From assembly GCF_009834535.1 (NCBI RefSeq), contig NC_045698.1:6264001-6328000 (forward strand): 64,000 nucleotides of DNA, given 5' to 3'. Each line of letters starts with the position of its first letter. The first letter of the stretch is position 1. The stretch comes from Camelus ferus. Lineage: Eukaryota. Made by a program: the position numbers and the translations under genes. Positions 1-12,720 of this stretch are shown here, in pieces. The notes below the pieces were generated by a model. It saw only the letters and a program-made list of their open reading frames with translations, ran no database searches and had not been told where the DNA came from.

Positions 1-1827
1 AAGGCCATCATGAACACCTGCTAATACCATGCAGCTCGCATACGCTAAGACTGGAAAATTATTCAGCAAAGTGATAAGATTCATTTCTCAAAGTATGAAG
101 AGTGGTTTTTCAAACCAGATGATCTCTCACAGTTCCTGTGCTCTGTACATTTTATAAAGGGTCACCTTTCAACTTTACTTCCTCTGTTAAACTTTTAGTG
201 GCTGGTCTTAGGACCTTGGCTCTGCCCAGAACTACCAAACGTCTGGCAGATGTGTTCTTGTTGCTGTCGGCTCTGGTGCTGACTGTGATTGCAGGGCTGG
301 GGTGAGAGCGTCCAGTGCTTCCAGGGACAAGGCACACGAAGCAGATGATGGGAGAAGAGCCACCGCAGACATCACTTTCTGCTTGATTTTATACACCAAC
401 AGCTTTAGAGAAATAAACCAAATGCAAATACGTATAATTCCAGAAAAACTATACTGCTTCAGATATTATTTTAAAGACCCCATTTCTTCTTACATTATCT
501 TCCTACAGTTGTGCAGTCAATGCATTCAATCACGTCGGCAATCCTTCACCAGGTCGGGCTCAAGGGGACGTTGGAACTGGAAATTTACATTATATATTTC
601 AAATGGGTCCAGAAGGGGATTTTAAATCATATTTCAAGTTCATTTTTTAAAGAACAAATGAAGTAGAATCTACAAAGAGGAGGTGGATACATGGAGCATC
701 GTGTGAGAATGTCCAAATATTGGAATAAATCACTATAAATGCAAAGATTCAGAAAAAACAATCACAAGGAAGAAAATTGTGGTACAACTTTGATTTCACG
801 CACTTTCTAAACTAACGGTCACATGTAGGTTCTTCATGGAATGCTTTAAGATTTTAGGATTTCAAACTGAATTGATCTGGGATGGGGTGTGGGTGATGTC
901 TTAAAAAAACACTCCCCAGATAGTACCAATCTGCAGCCAGAGTTAGTAACTTCCTGGGTTGTCGGCCTGGAAAGAACAGATCTCCCCAGAAAGCTGCAGG
1001 AAAATATTCTTTCAGCACTAAAGGACATCCAACCTTCCAACAGGAGAGTCTGAACTCTGTAGTGAGCCTGAATCATCCATCTATCTGGGTAAAGACAGAT
1101 TGAAACAATCTGTGTTTCATTAGTTGGCATTAAAAGTAGTTTAATCATTATAACACGCTTCACTAGTATAGCTTTGTTTTGTTATGTTCATTTTTGGTGC
1201 CCATATTAAATGGGCTTTACAGCTTTTTGGTCAATTGAAAATTATACATGTGAAACTATACACGTCTGCTTCTTTACACATACATGTGTGCATCGGTATG
1301 AGATGTATATATGTACACGTGTGTGAGAGGAAGGGCGATTACATAGGATCACGAACACTGACTCTTCTAGCAGTGTTCATGCTGACTGACAGTGGTTCAT
1401 CCTAGGAAAACGTTGTTTTACACAAGGAAGAATGGAATACGTTTGCTACAGACAAGATGACATAATCTAACAATAAAATGGTCATCAACGGCACAGGATA
1501 CTGACTCTCTGTAAATTAAAAAACCTGATTAGTTTTTCTTAACACGCATTTCCCGTTGGCCATAGAAATACTCGTACAAGTTGTTCACGGCGTCATCCCA
1601 GAGTCATCGAGAAGCTGGTTGGTCCATCTTGGCCTCCACGCGAGAGGCAGTAGGACCTGATCACACAGGAGCGGGGCGTGAGGTTTACTCAGGAGGCGGT
1701 CTGCAGCCTCACTCCCATGAAAGGCTTTCTTTCAAGTAGCAATCACGCCTCAGCACAACTGGGGACACAGCGGCCCTTGAGGCCATGCAAAGAAAAATGC
1801 CACTAAACTGTTTCCTAAACAGTAGGC

Positions 1828-1833
1828 TTTATT
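1828..1833 (-). terminator. Candidate distal polyadenylation signal AATAAA
   Basis: Plus strand reads tttatt. Five TGTA motifs lie within about 90 nt upstream and a GU/U-rich tract lies downstream. Confidence 0.7.
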
Positions 1834-2758
1834 TCAATGCTCACTTACAATAGAATGAGACAAACTATTTACATAAAACATAAGTACAAAAAATATAATA
1901 CAATTTTTACTGTACATATTAGGGGTCTCTTATTTTGTCCCCAAAATGGCAGATAGAGATGAGGAAGGGCTGCTATGAAAGGAAGATGGCTGGACCGTCA
2001 CCAGGACTGGGGGTTGTTCTTTATGAATTTATTGTTTGCAAAAGATGACGACGTTTCTAGCAACTGGCAATTCGCCAAGAACAGAGGGTGAGCAGGAAAG
2101 TCTCACTGCTGTGGCACCAGCTCATTTGACCTTATGAGCACGTCTGTTTTCCTCAGGGGTGAGGTTGGGAGCATGAGAGCCGGTGTCTGCTGACTGGCTG
2201 GGTCACCCGCCCGCCCCTCCCTGAACTTCCAATGTTGATCCGGGGCAGCAGGAGATAAGGTCCCGCCTGCCCGGCCACAACCGGGGTCCTAAACTGATCC
2301 TGAAAACAGAGTCTCTGTCAGGTGTCACTAGACAACCTTCTTGGATGTAGACCTGGACAGCTCTCACGTGAGCGTTTAAGACCAGCGAATTGATGAACAG
2401 AAAAGATGAAAGTAAAGACCACTGGAAACTTGTACTGCACATTTCTAACATCCAGGTTTCCGATGAAACCCTGAAAGTCGAATGTAAGGACGGAGAAACA
2501 GTGTGGTACCCACAACAGTCCTGAAAGGGAGTGCCTGGCAACCCACGAGCATCCCGACAGGGCAGCCAAATCTCCATTTCTCTCGTTCAAATGAAGGGGA
2601 GACAATGCTACCTCATCCTGAAAAAGCTCCAATATGACGAATACATTTTGCCTTTAAAAAATGAACCTCAAGGTCAGTAACTTTCTCTAAGTTTACCAAG
2701 GGCGTAAGGTGGCTTGGGAGAAGGTTCAAAGAAAAAAAATGAAACAATCCCAAATAAG

Positions 2759-2764
2759 TTTATT
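2759..2764 (-). terminator. Candidate alternative polyadenylation signal AATAAA
   Basis: Followed on the mRNA strand by cttatttgggattgtttcattttttttcttt, a U/GU-rich downstream element. Confidence 0.5.
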
Positions 2765-5700
2765 TTGTATCACAAAACAGCAACAGCAAATTAACACAGA
2801 ATGAGGCATTTAACATTTTGTAACGTCTTCAAAAGTCACAAGTGGCATAACACACAAGTTCAGGTACACACTTTTGAAGAACCCTACATTGGACCAAGTT
2901 TGTGTATTTTCTTTGCGGACGATGTAGAATTTTGGTGATGAATGTAGGTGCTTGTGTTGAAGGTTCATACTGTGCTTTCTTTCAAAGTGCAGAAGTTCAG
3001 GTTTGATTTTGGCCAACAGTCATGGTACAGGGGAAAAGAAATCAACTTTAGCAGAGAAAACACCGTTAACTTTCTTAACCCAAATTGAGTGACAAATTTG
3101 TGAACTTGTGAAGCAGTTTTGACACTGACCTCAAACAAACAAACAGCAGGCAATATTCCAGGCGGTTCTCATCCCAACCACCGAATCTGTGGCAGCCATC
3201 ACTAGCCTGTATCTGATTTTTTGACTCTACAGACTTGCCCCAAAAGGGACAGTGACAAAAACCTCTACCTTCTATAGGCATCCTGTTGGCATTCCTACTA
3301 CAGAACAAACGCTAAGGTGTTTGTTCTTTTGGAAAATGTAAAATTAAAGTGATGTCAGTTTCTGGAAGGCTGAGATGGGTTCACCTAAATTCTGAACACA
3401 CCAGGGCACCTCTTCCTCTGGTGCCGCACCCCCGTGAGGGCGGAAGTCACATCTGACTGTGGTGTGCTTCTTGTTCGTGTTCTGTTCCTGAGTTCAGAGA
3501 CACATAAGAATGACTTTCTTCAAAGTGCAGCCAGTCAGTCCTCTGCTTTGAACCAACGAGACCCAGATGAAGTGATAAATCACCATCTTAAAACAAGGCA
3601 CTGGCAGCTTTGTACAGGAAATTAAACTATCTGCACCTCCTATCAAAGCTCTCTTCTTAGTGACAAGATGCCAGGGTAGTTTGGATTTTCCAGAATCCAG
3701 ACTTTGCTCCCAGCTCGTATTACCTGACATGGGAACCATTTTGAACTTCCATACGTCTCACACCTGGGCCATTTGGCATCAAGTGGCCAAAAAGCTGAGA
3801 AAGAATAGGACCGTGTTTGAACTGGTGGCCTCAGATTTCCCACATGGAAGAGGTGGAATGAATTTTATTGTGGACGCAATATGTTAGTTTAAGAAATGCC
3901 ACAGGGTGGTTTTCTGGCTCGAGCTTTCTCCTTTCAGGCCTTAAAGTATCTTTGACTCGTTACCGTCATCATGTCAACACAGTGAAACGTGTCTGCTTGA
4001 ATGGTACCGAACCTGGTCACGGGTCATAAGCCTGACTATTTTTTTATGGCAGAACTAATCTGATCTCATGAGAATACTGTATGAGGCAGTTTCACTGGGC
4101 CCAGTGCTTCGTGTCAGGCTCCGAATTTGGTTTTGACGATATCCCTTGTCCCTTTGCAGTGTGAACTTATATTTTCAAGACAAGACGTCTCCATTCCTGA
4201 TGCTTCTGCAACATGTACCTAATTTTTGGTGATGCAACATATGACCAGTCAGAAAAATCTTGGACCCACCTGCTCCAGCAATATCTATAATGCATCTTTA
4301 ACATAAATCCATAGAAAAGGAGTATGGCGCAGTCATTCTAAAACTCCCTGCCAATAGTCCCACTCCGCATCTTCATTATTTTTCAATTTCCAAAAGAGAA
4401 AAGAAGCCAGGATTAAAGCAATTTATTTTCTTGCCTTTTATCAGGTTATCAAAATAGATCACCAGAATGCCTTGGTTCTGTATTTATCGAATTACAAAAC
4501 ATCTTTAAATCAATTATTATTAACGATCTCAGTAGGAAGGAACAGCTGAAATAAACCCCACAATGGGCGCTGGTCCCCAGATACTTTACCTGACACGCTA
4601 ATGTGCCGCGAAACAGTCAGCATTCCCTTTTGTGCATTTCTCAGGCCAGAATGAATGTTACTCTGTTCTCCTATTTCACACCCATTGATTAGAGAAGCAA
4701 GGGGCTCAGCATGGCTTTCTAGTGTCTGATAATAAAGCCAGAGGTAATCAGAGGTAATCAATTTTTGGTAGCGTCACCATAAATCACCAAGTCAACACAA
4801 ATACCATGAAATAAGAGACATTAGAAGGGATAATGCGCTGGACACGGCCAATGAGGTCTGTGAACTCCAATTTGTACCATCTTAAAAAATAAGAGGGGAG
4901 AGTTTGCATTTGGGAAGATTCAAGATTGTTGTTTTAATTCCCTGCCTTCACAGAAAATAGTGACCGGAGCTGCGGGACGACGCGCGAGGAGAGCAGCGGC
5001 TCGGAGCAGACTCATGTTGTCTCTGGACAGGTGCCCCAGAGTCACCTTCTGAAACAGAAAGACTGAACTCAACGTAGTTACCCCCAAAATGCCACACACA
5101 AGAAAACGCCACAGAAGTATAAAAGACACCCTGGGGCCAAAGAAAGTTCATGACCGTGGGTGGAAGTCAGCGCTGGGAGTGGCTTGACGGTGCTGGGAAA
5201 CGTGCATGATTTGCTCTAGCAGCGAGGGAACTGTCGTCCAGGAGCGTCAGGCGTGTGTAAGCGCGAGCTCCCTCAAGGCCGCACCTTCCGTGCGCGTCAA
5301 GAAAGTGTTTACGCGAACCGGTGGCTGAGAGCAGGCTCGATACGTGTTTAAGTGAAGTCTCCCTTGACCTGCAGTCACGCTCTAATGTGTCCTCAGGCAG
5401 CCCCCGGGCGCCTGGAGACCCCTGCTGAGACTCTGTCCCTAACTTTGAAGGCACCTGACCCGCTGACTCCACCAAAGACCCCAGTGGGAACACTCCCCAC
5501 ACAGGCTTTGACTCCCATGAATGTCACCCTTTCGCAGATAAATAAGGAACAGAGGCACCTTCACCTGCACTCCGGGCGGTTGGCCCTGGAGGATCCAGGG
5601 ATCAGACCCACAGGACCGTGCGTGCCCGTCACGGTCCCCTCCCAGGACCACCCACAACACTCAGCTGGAGTGCCCCTTCTCACCGTCCCCTCTGCCCACA

Positions 5701-6427
5701 TTCACTTCCTTTCTCTTTGGCATCACTCGTGGGTCCGTGGGGCCAGATCCCTGGTTCCCGCTGACCCCGTGGCCTGACCCTTCTTGGGGACAGAGGCTGC
5801 TCCACGGCAGGGACACCCTCACCCTCTCAGTTACTCCTCTCAGCTCCTGGAGGGCCTCTGCCCCCTCCACCCACAGGACCCCTCTCTCCCCCCAGTATCG
5901 ATGCCCATCCCCTACAGGCTCAGTGAGATGTCCCTGAAGGGGCAGGAAGCTCAGCTCCTCCCAGCAGCTTCCGGGGCCAGCAGCACAGACATACGCCTAA
6001 AGCCAGACGGGCAGGTGTGCAAGGAGACACCCGGGTCTGGGGGCGCTGGGTCTCCACGTAGCAGAGCCTGGCCCTGCGCCCCAGAGCCCCCGGAATTCAC
6101 GGAGTCCCTGTCATGCAGGTGGCAGAGCCCTGACGTTCGTCAGAGCCACCATCTGCAGGGCTGTTCTGGGGAGGCCTCGTGCTCTGCAGCGAGCGGGGAT
6201 TCTGCAGCACCGCAGGGCCGGCGTTAGAGGATGGCGAGTCTGGAGAAAGCCCTGAACGCTGGGGGTCACTTCCAATCCAAGTGCGAGACTAAAGCCAGTT
6301 TCCTGTGAAAACCAGCCAGACTGCTACGGTATCCAGAAATGGCCCTAGAAGTTAAACTGATGAATGCCATTTAATGTTAGGCTGAGAGAGATGCATCTTA
6401 AAAATCTATGTGTGCTGCTTATACCGG

Positions 6428-6520
6428 AAAGAGAGAAAGAGAGAGAGAGAAAGAAAGGAAGGAAAGAAAGAAAGGAAGGAAAGAAAGAAAGAAAGGAAAA
6501 AGATAAGAAAAAAGATAAAG
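6428..6520 (+). repeat. (GA)n/(GAAA)n purine-rich low-complexity tract in the 3' UTR
   Basis: Direct reading. A second shorter GA tract lies at about 6820-6858. Confidence 0.9.
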
Positions 6521-9152
6521 AGACACTGAAGGAGTCACACAGAAATGTAAAACGTGACAAGTGTTGGTGGGAACCCCAACCATCCCAGCCTAAAGAGCTG
6601 CTGTATGAAGGGGCTTCCAGCAGAAGCGGCAGGCGCCACCTGGAGAGCCCACCACGTGGGGGCTTAACAAGGGGTGTGGAGGGGAGGCGTAGACACGTGA
6701 GCAACAGCTGTGCAGTCGCGGGAAAACGCGAGGGACCCCACAGCTGGTTAAAACACGCAGATCACAGCTGAGACCACCCTAAACCAACGGATGTCCTGTT
6801 AAGCTCGAGGGAAGGCTGCAAGGAAGGAAGAAGGGAGGGAGAGAGAGAGAGAGAGAGAACGGAACAATCTTCTTTTGAATAGAGTGTCAGGGAACAGGAA
6901 CGAGTGAATTTCTTTGCTGTGATAAGAGTAAAGATTGATGCAATCAGCAACATGAAAACCTGCCGTGGGGGAGGGCGCTCCCCCTAGTCATCGCACAGGA
7001 TTGATTAAAGACCAACTCTGATGTCGTTTGAAAGCATTTCCCATCAAGTTCAGTGATGCTATTTAAAAAATACCAGTGTCTTCTTTCCTAGGGGAAACAG
7101 AAGGACCTTTTAAGCTTAGAAAATATTGTGGGGGAAGGATTCAAAAAACTGCTAAAATGTGCTACCCAGTGAGAATATTTGTCTTTCAGGAAAGTGATGA
7201 GACAGGTTGAAGCATCCGATAGAAATCCAACCCAAAAGCAATTAGAAGACTGTCTGGCTAACTTTCACCCCCTAAGTGCGGCCTTAGCCTAAAGACAGCA
7301 AGTGCACGCAGCGCACGAGACGCGCAGCAGAGGCAGCATGAACTTCCCACCAGAAGGATGCGGAGCGTGACTCATTTGCAATCTCTCAGACCTCCCCGAG
7401 CCCACCTGCAATTTGACTTTAAATTTTAGTAGAGCCATTTCTGAACATGTGGGGATATGAGAATATTTTGAATTCAACCACATTCATTACTAAACACAGG
7501 ATTTCCCAATTTCTTTAAATCAGACAGGGTAAAAACATGTAAGCTAGTAAGACTGTATCCCTCGGTGCCCATGCTGTGTTTTCACAGATCTGAGGGTTCA
7601 TTTATCAATAAGAACATGTTTTAATGTCCACCCAGGCTGCTATCACAATGCCCAGAGGCATCAAATGGACACTTTCAATCTTGGTCTAACTTTCAATAAT
7701 TATTCAACCAACTGCCGTATGTTATGTATCAACTTTTTTGTGTGAGTAATTTAGCCTGTTTTTTTTTCCTTCTGGGGGCCACTATGAATAGTATCATAAC
7801 ACTCTGAAATGCTTATGAGTGATCAAAGCTCAGAACCACAGGGATCATTAAAAACCTTACTTCCAGATACACTGATTTCTCAAGGGAGGTCTCGAAATGC
7901 TGTTGCTGCCATGCAGGGAGGAGGCGCGGTGGGCGGGTGGGAAGGCAGCACTGAGATAAAAAATAAAAGGCACCAGAGCTAAACATCGCCTCCTCACCTG
8001 ACCCGGAGGCAGCAAATGACAGCTTGGTACTTGGGGAGCACTTCCATGTGCACCGCGACCAGCTTTACACACCACTGATGCTCTGGGGAGGGCTGGTGGC
8101 CGTACACTGGTTCTCTCAGGGAGATGGAAAATAAGAAGTTGCTTTTCATTAAGTGTCAGTTCTTTCCATACTTTCCATAACATGGAAAATAAAAAAGTTG
8201 TTTTCAGTTCTGTTTCAGTACTTTCCATACTTTCTTCATCGGCATCATGAATGTTCAAGATTTTCTTTGCAGAGAGAGGGGAGGTGTCAAGTCTATTATT
8301 CAAATGCTAAACAAGTGGTCATTTTACAGATTGGTTTTTTGGGATGTTACTACAGACCAGACAGGTGGGTTTCCAGGCCAACCGCGTGGCAAGGAGCTCC
8401 CTGCAGTCTCATGAAGTCCCTAAGTCAGAATAAGGCTAGCTTCGCGGCCACCTGCAGACGCGTTCCCCCTTCCCTGCGTCCGCGCCTCTGCCCTGTAACT
8501 CACCTCCCCCCGTGACAGCACAGTAACCACTGCAAGACTCACTCCTCGTACCGCCGCCTCTGCAGGTGCAAGCCAGGCTGGATCCCCGGGCTTCCTCAGG
8601 CAGGAATCATCCCAAGTCTAAACGCACACAGTATCATCCCGACTGAGGAGATGGAGAGCCGTGGTGAGTCACTGCAGGGCCACATTCAGAGCCTGCATTT
8701 CATCAGTCCTATAAACCGTGTGGAGGTGGGGAGGCTCTCATACAAAGTGCCTATTTTCTTGAATTGAAACAAAGTGAAGATTTACGCTCAAGAGCAAGAA
8801 GAGGTTCACGTCTCTAAAGACTCCTTCCAACGCAGGTGGTACATTTACGAAAAGCTCAAGAAAACAAGCGACTTGTTAGAAAAAATGGACTGAACACAAG
8901 AAAAAAAAAAAAACCATCACACCATGGCTCATTAAACAAGGATCAAGAAGGAGACCAGATTTTCACGATGTCATATTTAGATTTTTGTTGCTTTTTAAGG
9001 ACATGTATTTTTGGCAGCAATGGGACACTGGTGGCTTGAAATGCACTTGAAATGCATCCAAACTCCATCTCTGAAGTCTTGGAGACATGGGCAGTCGTGG
9101 AGCGCAGGCCTCGAGGAGCCAGGGAGTTACAGGAAGCCAAAAGCATCAATGC

Positions 9153-9273
9153 TTAGTAGTCATCGTAGTTGTTGAGATCTGTAAAGTAGGCGTTAGAGTA
9201 GGTCTTGCCAGTGAGATGCGGGTTGAAGTATCTGTTTCTTTCCTCTAGGAATCAAGTTGTTCTTGTTGAATGC
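9153..9273 (-). CDS. SEMA5A: SEMA5A terminal coding exon (AFNKNNLI[L]EERNRYFNPHLTGKTYSNAYFTDLNNYDDY*), with an apparent +1 frameshift near 9248-9251
   Basis: Acceptor ttttgtcgcag|GCA. Orthologous TAA at 9153-9155. The span is 121 nt instead of 120, and the literal reading stops at TAA 9193-9195. Confidence 0.92.
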
Positions 9274-9353
9274 CTGCGACAAAATAAAATAGAAGATTTA
9301 AGGATGCTCAGTAAATAGTGTTTCAGGAAGAGAATGTAATTAGGAGACAGTTA

Positions 9354-9608
9354 GAGTTGACCCTTCAACAATGCGAGCGTTAGGGGCGCAGGACTATCCT
9401 TGCGGCTGGAAATCGGAGTGTAACTCAGTCAGCCCTCTATCATTCTTCCGTTATCTGTGGTCCTTCTCTATCTGCGGTTCCCCTGTATCCACAGCGCAGC
9501 ATCCCAGAGTCAGCCAACCTCTGAGTGTGCAGTATTGTCGTATTTAATTGATAAAAATCTGCATGTAAGTGGACCTGTGCAGTTCAAATATCATTCAAGG
9601 GCCAGCTG
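9354..9608. mobile_element. Tigger2-like non-autonomous DNA transposon (TcMar-Tigger MITE)
   Basis: Terminal inverted repeats (g)agttgacccttcaacaa ... ttcaagggccagctg, with TA at the left flank. Internal sequence resembles recalled Tigger2a. Confidence 0.7.
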
Positions 9609-10252
9609 TCTATGGAATTTCAACTCTCTGATAAGGCCCCGTTATTTTAAAATGTGTTTTCTCATTTCCTTGCTTCGTCACATCATTTGCCTTGCTGAGG
9701 ACTTGCCTCGTAATTAGCATGAGGTTGGTAGGTTTTCAGACCAGTCTGTTTCTGAGCTTTCATCAGAAATTCTACTTTTAAATTTTAGTCAGGAAATTTC
9801 CAAGAGCTAGAAAAATTGAAATCTCCAGGAAACCTAAAACTCTAGTGATTGCAAATTCATAAACAATTTGAATATTACCCCATATAACTGAGTAGGTGTT
9901 TAAGCAGCTTTCTGATCACCATGGTACACTGACAAGAGATTTTGAAGGAACACTTGTAAATAAATGCACAAAATTCTTTATTTCTTTTCTTTTTCTGCAC
10001 TTGTTAGAAGGTGACTACTGGGACCATTTCTGACACAGATGCACTTCCACAATTAATCATAAAAGTTACCTTTTAAAGAGCTGAACACTCCCAGATACAG
10101 AGTAAATTTTGAGAGGATCAAAGTAAAGATTATGGTGGTGGGCAGAGCCTAGATGTCCAGGACTTGTCTGGACAAGGTATCAGAAGAAAGTTCTAGAAAG
10201 ATTCATTAGAGACTAGACAGCAGTACTCTGCCTTCAGAGCAGCAAGATTTCT

Positions 10253-10419
10253 CTTTTTTAAATTTATTTTCATTTATTTATTTTTTTAAACACTTTTTAT
10301 TGAGCTACAGCCATTTTACAATGTTGTGTCAAATTCCAGTGTAGAGCACAATGTTTCAGTTATACACGGACATACATACATTCACTGTCACATTTTTTTT
10401 CGCTGTGAGCCACCACAAG
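10253..10419 (-). mobile_element. 5'-truncated L1 3' end with 18-bp target-site duplication
   Basis: T-rich tail followed by L1 3' UTR sequence, flanked by cagagcagcaaga(t/c)ttct at 10235-10252 and 10420-10437. Confidence 0.85.
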
Positions 10420-11169
10420 CAGAGCAGCAAGACTTCTGATTATCTTCAGTGGCTGCTGGATCGTAAGCGAGAATGGAAGGCCAGCTGAAGTATCTCCAAC
10501 GCTTGAAGTGACAGAGACCACAGAGAAGCTGCTGCTACGCTTCCTTTCACCACAGCACTGGTGCCCACCTGACATGCTGTACAATCTACTTATTAATATA
10601 TTTATTTTAATGCCTGCTCCCCCGTCCCCCGTCAACAAACACTCAAGCTGAAATATAATATGTCCACGAGTAGAGACTCTTGTTGGAATCACGTTTAGAA
10701 AGGCCCCATTCTTGGGTCCTGGAGGTTTTCTTCCTTGAAGATGTTTGCTCGTAGAAGCTCCCGTTCCCCCTCGCCCTCTGGGAGCGTGGTGCTGAGAGGG
10801 TGCAGGGGGTGTGTTATTCATTCTGGGCGCTTCATGCCCCGACTCTGTCATCTGATGAGTACAAGGTGCTGATGGATTCTGGATCCCAGTGTACGCAGGG
10901 TCCATGAGTGAAAATGAATTGGTGCTGCTTCTGTCCAAGTGGGGGGCCTCATGGCAGTGGGGAACAAGTGAGGACACTGAGGCTCCTGGGACATAAGACC
11001 TTCCAACCAGCTGAAGTGGTAAGGGTTGGAGATATTCCATATTCCCATGTGGGAAGAAAAATGAATTTCAAAGGAAACCATCACAGAAGAGAGAGGACAT
11101 AAAAATGCTCCCTAGAAATATTAAAGGTAAACACCAACTTAACAGGAATATCAAAATTTAGATAACTTC

Positions 11170-11626
11170 ATGAAATAATGCCTTTGCAGCAACATGGATG
11201 GACCTAGAGATGATCATACTGAGTGAAGTAAGCCAGACAGAGACAAATATTATATATCACTTATATGTGGTATCTAAAAAAATAATACAAATGAACTTAT
11301 TTACAAAATAGAAACAGACTCACAGACACAGAAAACAAACTGACGGTTACCAAAGGAGAAAGGAGGGAAGGGATAAATTGGCGATAGGAGATTAACAGAT
11401 ACAGACTAACATAGAAAACAGATAAACAACAAGGATTTCCTGTAGAGCACAGGGAACTATATTCAATATCTTGTAATAACATGTCACAGAAAATAATTGG
11501 AAATATATCTATATCTATATAGTGTGTAACTGAATCACTTTACTGTACACCTGAAACTAACACAATATTGTGTATTAACCACAATTCAACAGAAGGAAAA
11601 AAGAGGAAAAAAACAAGAAAAAAAAT
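11170..11626 (+). mobile_element. L1 3' end (artiodactyl-type) with A-rich tail
   Basis: gcagcaacatggatggacctagagatgatcatactgagtgaagtaagccagacagag ... cacagggaactatattcaatatcttgtaataac, then an A-rich tail. Confidence 0.88.
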
Positions 11627-11769
11627 TAAGTAACTTAGCTAATGAGAACCCCCTGCATTCACGCGGGAGGTGGGGAGGTTGGTACAGCACACGGGAACCA
11701 CTAATGTCCTCCCAGTGTAGACGCCCGATCTCTTGTGCAGACGAGATAAGAACAACAGCCGCCATTTGC

Positions 11770-12070
11770 TGGGTCCTGGGCGTCAGGTCTCTTAGTCCAT
11801 TTAAACCTCATGACAATCATCCAGGGGTATGTATTTTTATGTCTGATTTAAAAAGGAAGAAACTGAGGTTCAAAGAAGTAAGTAACTTGTACTTTGAGGC
11901 AGGATGTGAACTGCCTCAAATAAAAACCACTTTTATTTTGCCAGGCACTGTGTATAAATTACCCCATTTGACTCTCATTATCTCCAATTTATCAGGGAGG
12001 AAATGGAGGCTCAGGAAGTGTGGGCACCTGGGCTCAGTCTATCCAGCCGGTGAGGGACTCATGAGCCCAG
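11770..12070. mobile_element. MIR SINE fragments (two)
   Basis: Core motifs gaaactgaggttcaaagaagtaagtaacttg and gaggaaatggaggctcaggaagtg. Confidence 0.6.
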
Positions 12071-12720
12071 ATTTCTCAGGTCCATCCCTTTCCCAACCGC
12101 TTCTTCTTTTGAATGAGAAAGAGACTGGTCATTTACTTTAGGTTTCTCAGTCAAACACCAGGTTAATCGTCCACAGGGAAAATTTAACACAATACTCTGC
12201 CCGCATCAGTCTCAGAGCGCTTCTGCATCACACAGAGCGCCAGGCACTTCACTGTGCTTGAAAAGTATAAGAGAGTCTTTATAATCATGTGACAGCTTTT
12301 CTCAGGATGCCATGCTGGTGACGCCTGCTGTGGACCTGCGTATCTGATTGACCAATCCTGGTCCTCATTCTGCTGCCCGGCGCGTGCAGGGCCTCAGCAC
12401 GAGCTCTTCTCTTTGGCGAGACCCCTCTTTGGACGCGGAGGCACAGTGGAGGCAGAGCTGGGTGGTGACCAGTGACCCAACATTTTCTAGCTTTTTACTT
12501 GTTACCGTTTCCATGTTCCATTTTACCCGAGTTCTCAAGATGAGGAGCCATGTGTTCACAGGCAAAACAAAGCTGGAAAGGCAGTTCGTCACAAGGGAGG
12601 CCCTTTACCTGTCCCCAACCCTGTCATCTGCACCACCACCACTGAGCTTTGCCAACAGCCCCCAGGGTGCACCTGCCTTCTCTGCTCACCTGGCTGCAGC
12701 AGGGGCTGCCCATCCCTTAC

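Larger units (their letters stand above)
1810..9152 (-). other. SEMA5A: SEMA5A long 3' UTR (about 7.3 kb); 3' end inferred
   Basis: Follows the stop codon and is nearly free of recognisable interspersed repeats. It ends at a strong AATAAA (1828-1833) with a UGUA cluster upstream. SEMA5A is recalled to have a multi-kb 3' UTR. Confidence 0.7.

Noticed and set aside
6345..6771. Lys/Glu/Arg-rich and Phe/Ser/Leu-rich ORFs on opposite strands
   Set aside because: Translations of the (GAAA)n tract in the 3' UTR.
10360..11040. 226-aa minus-strand ORF in the last intron
   Set aside because: No recognisable domain, and it runs through L2-like and L1 relics. A chance ORF.
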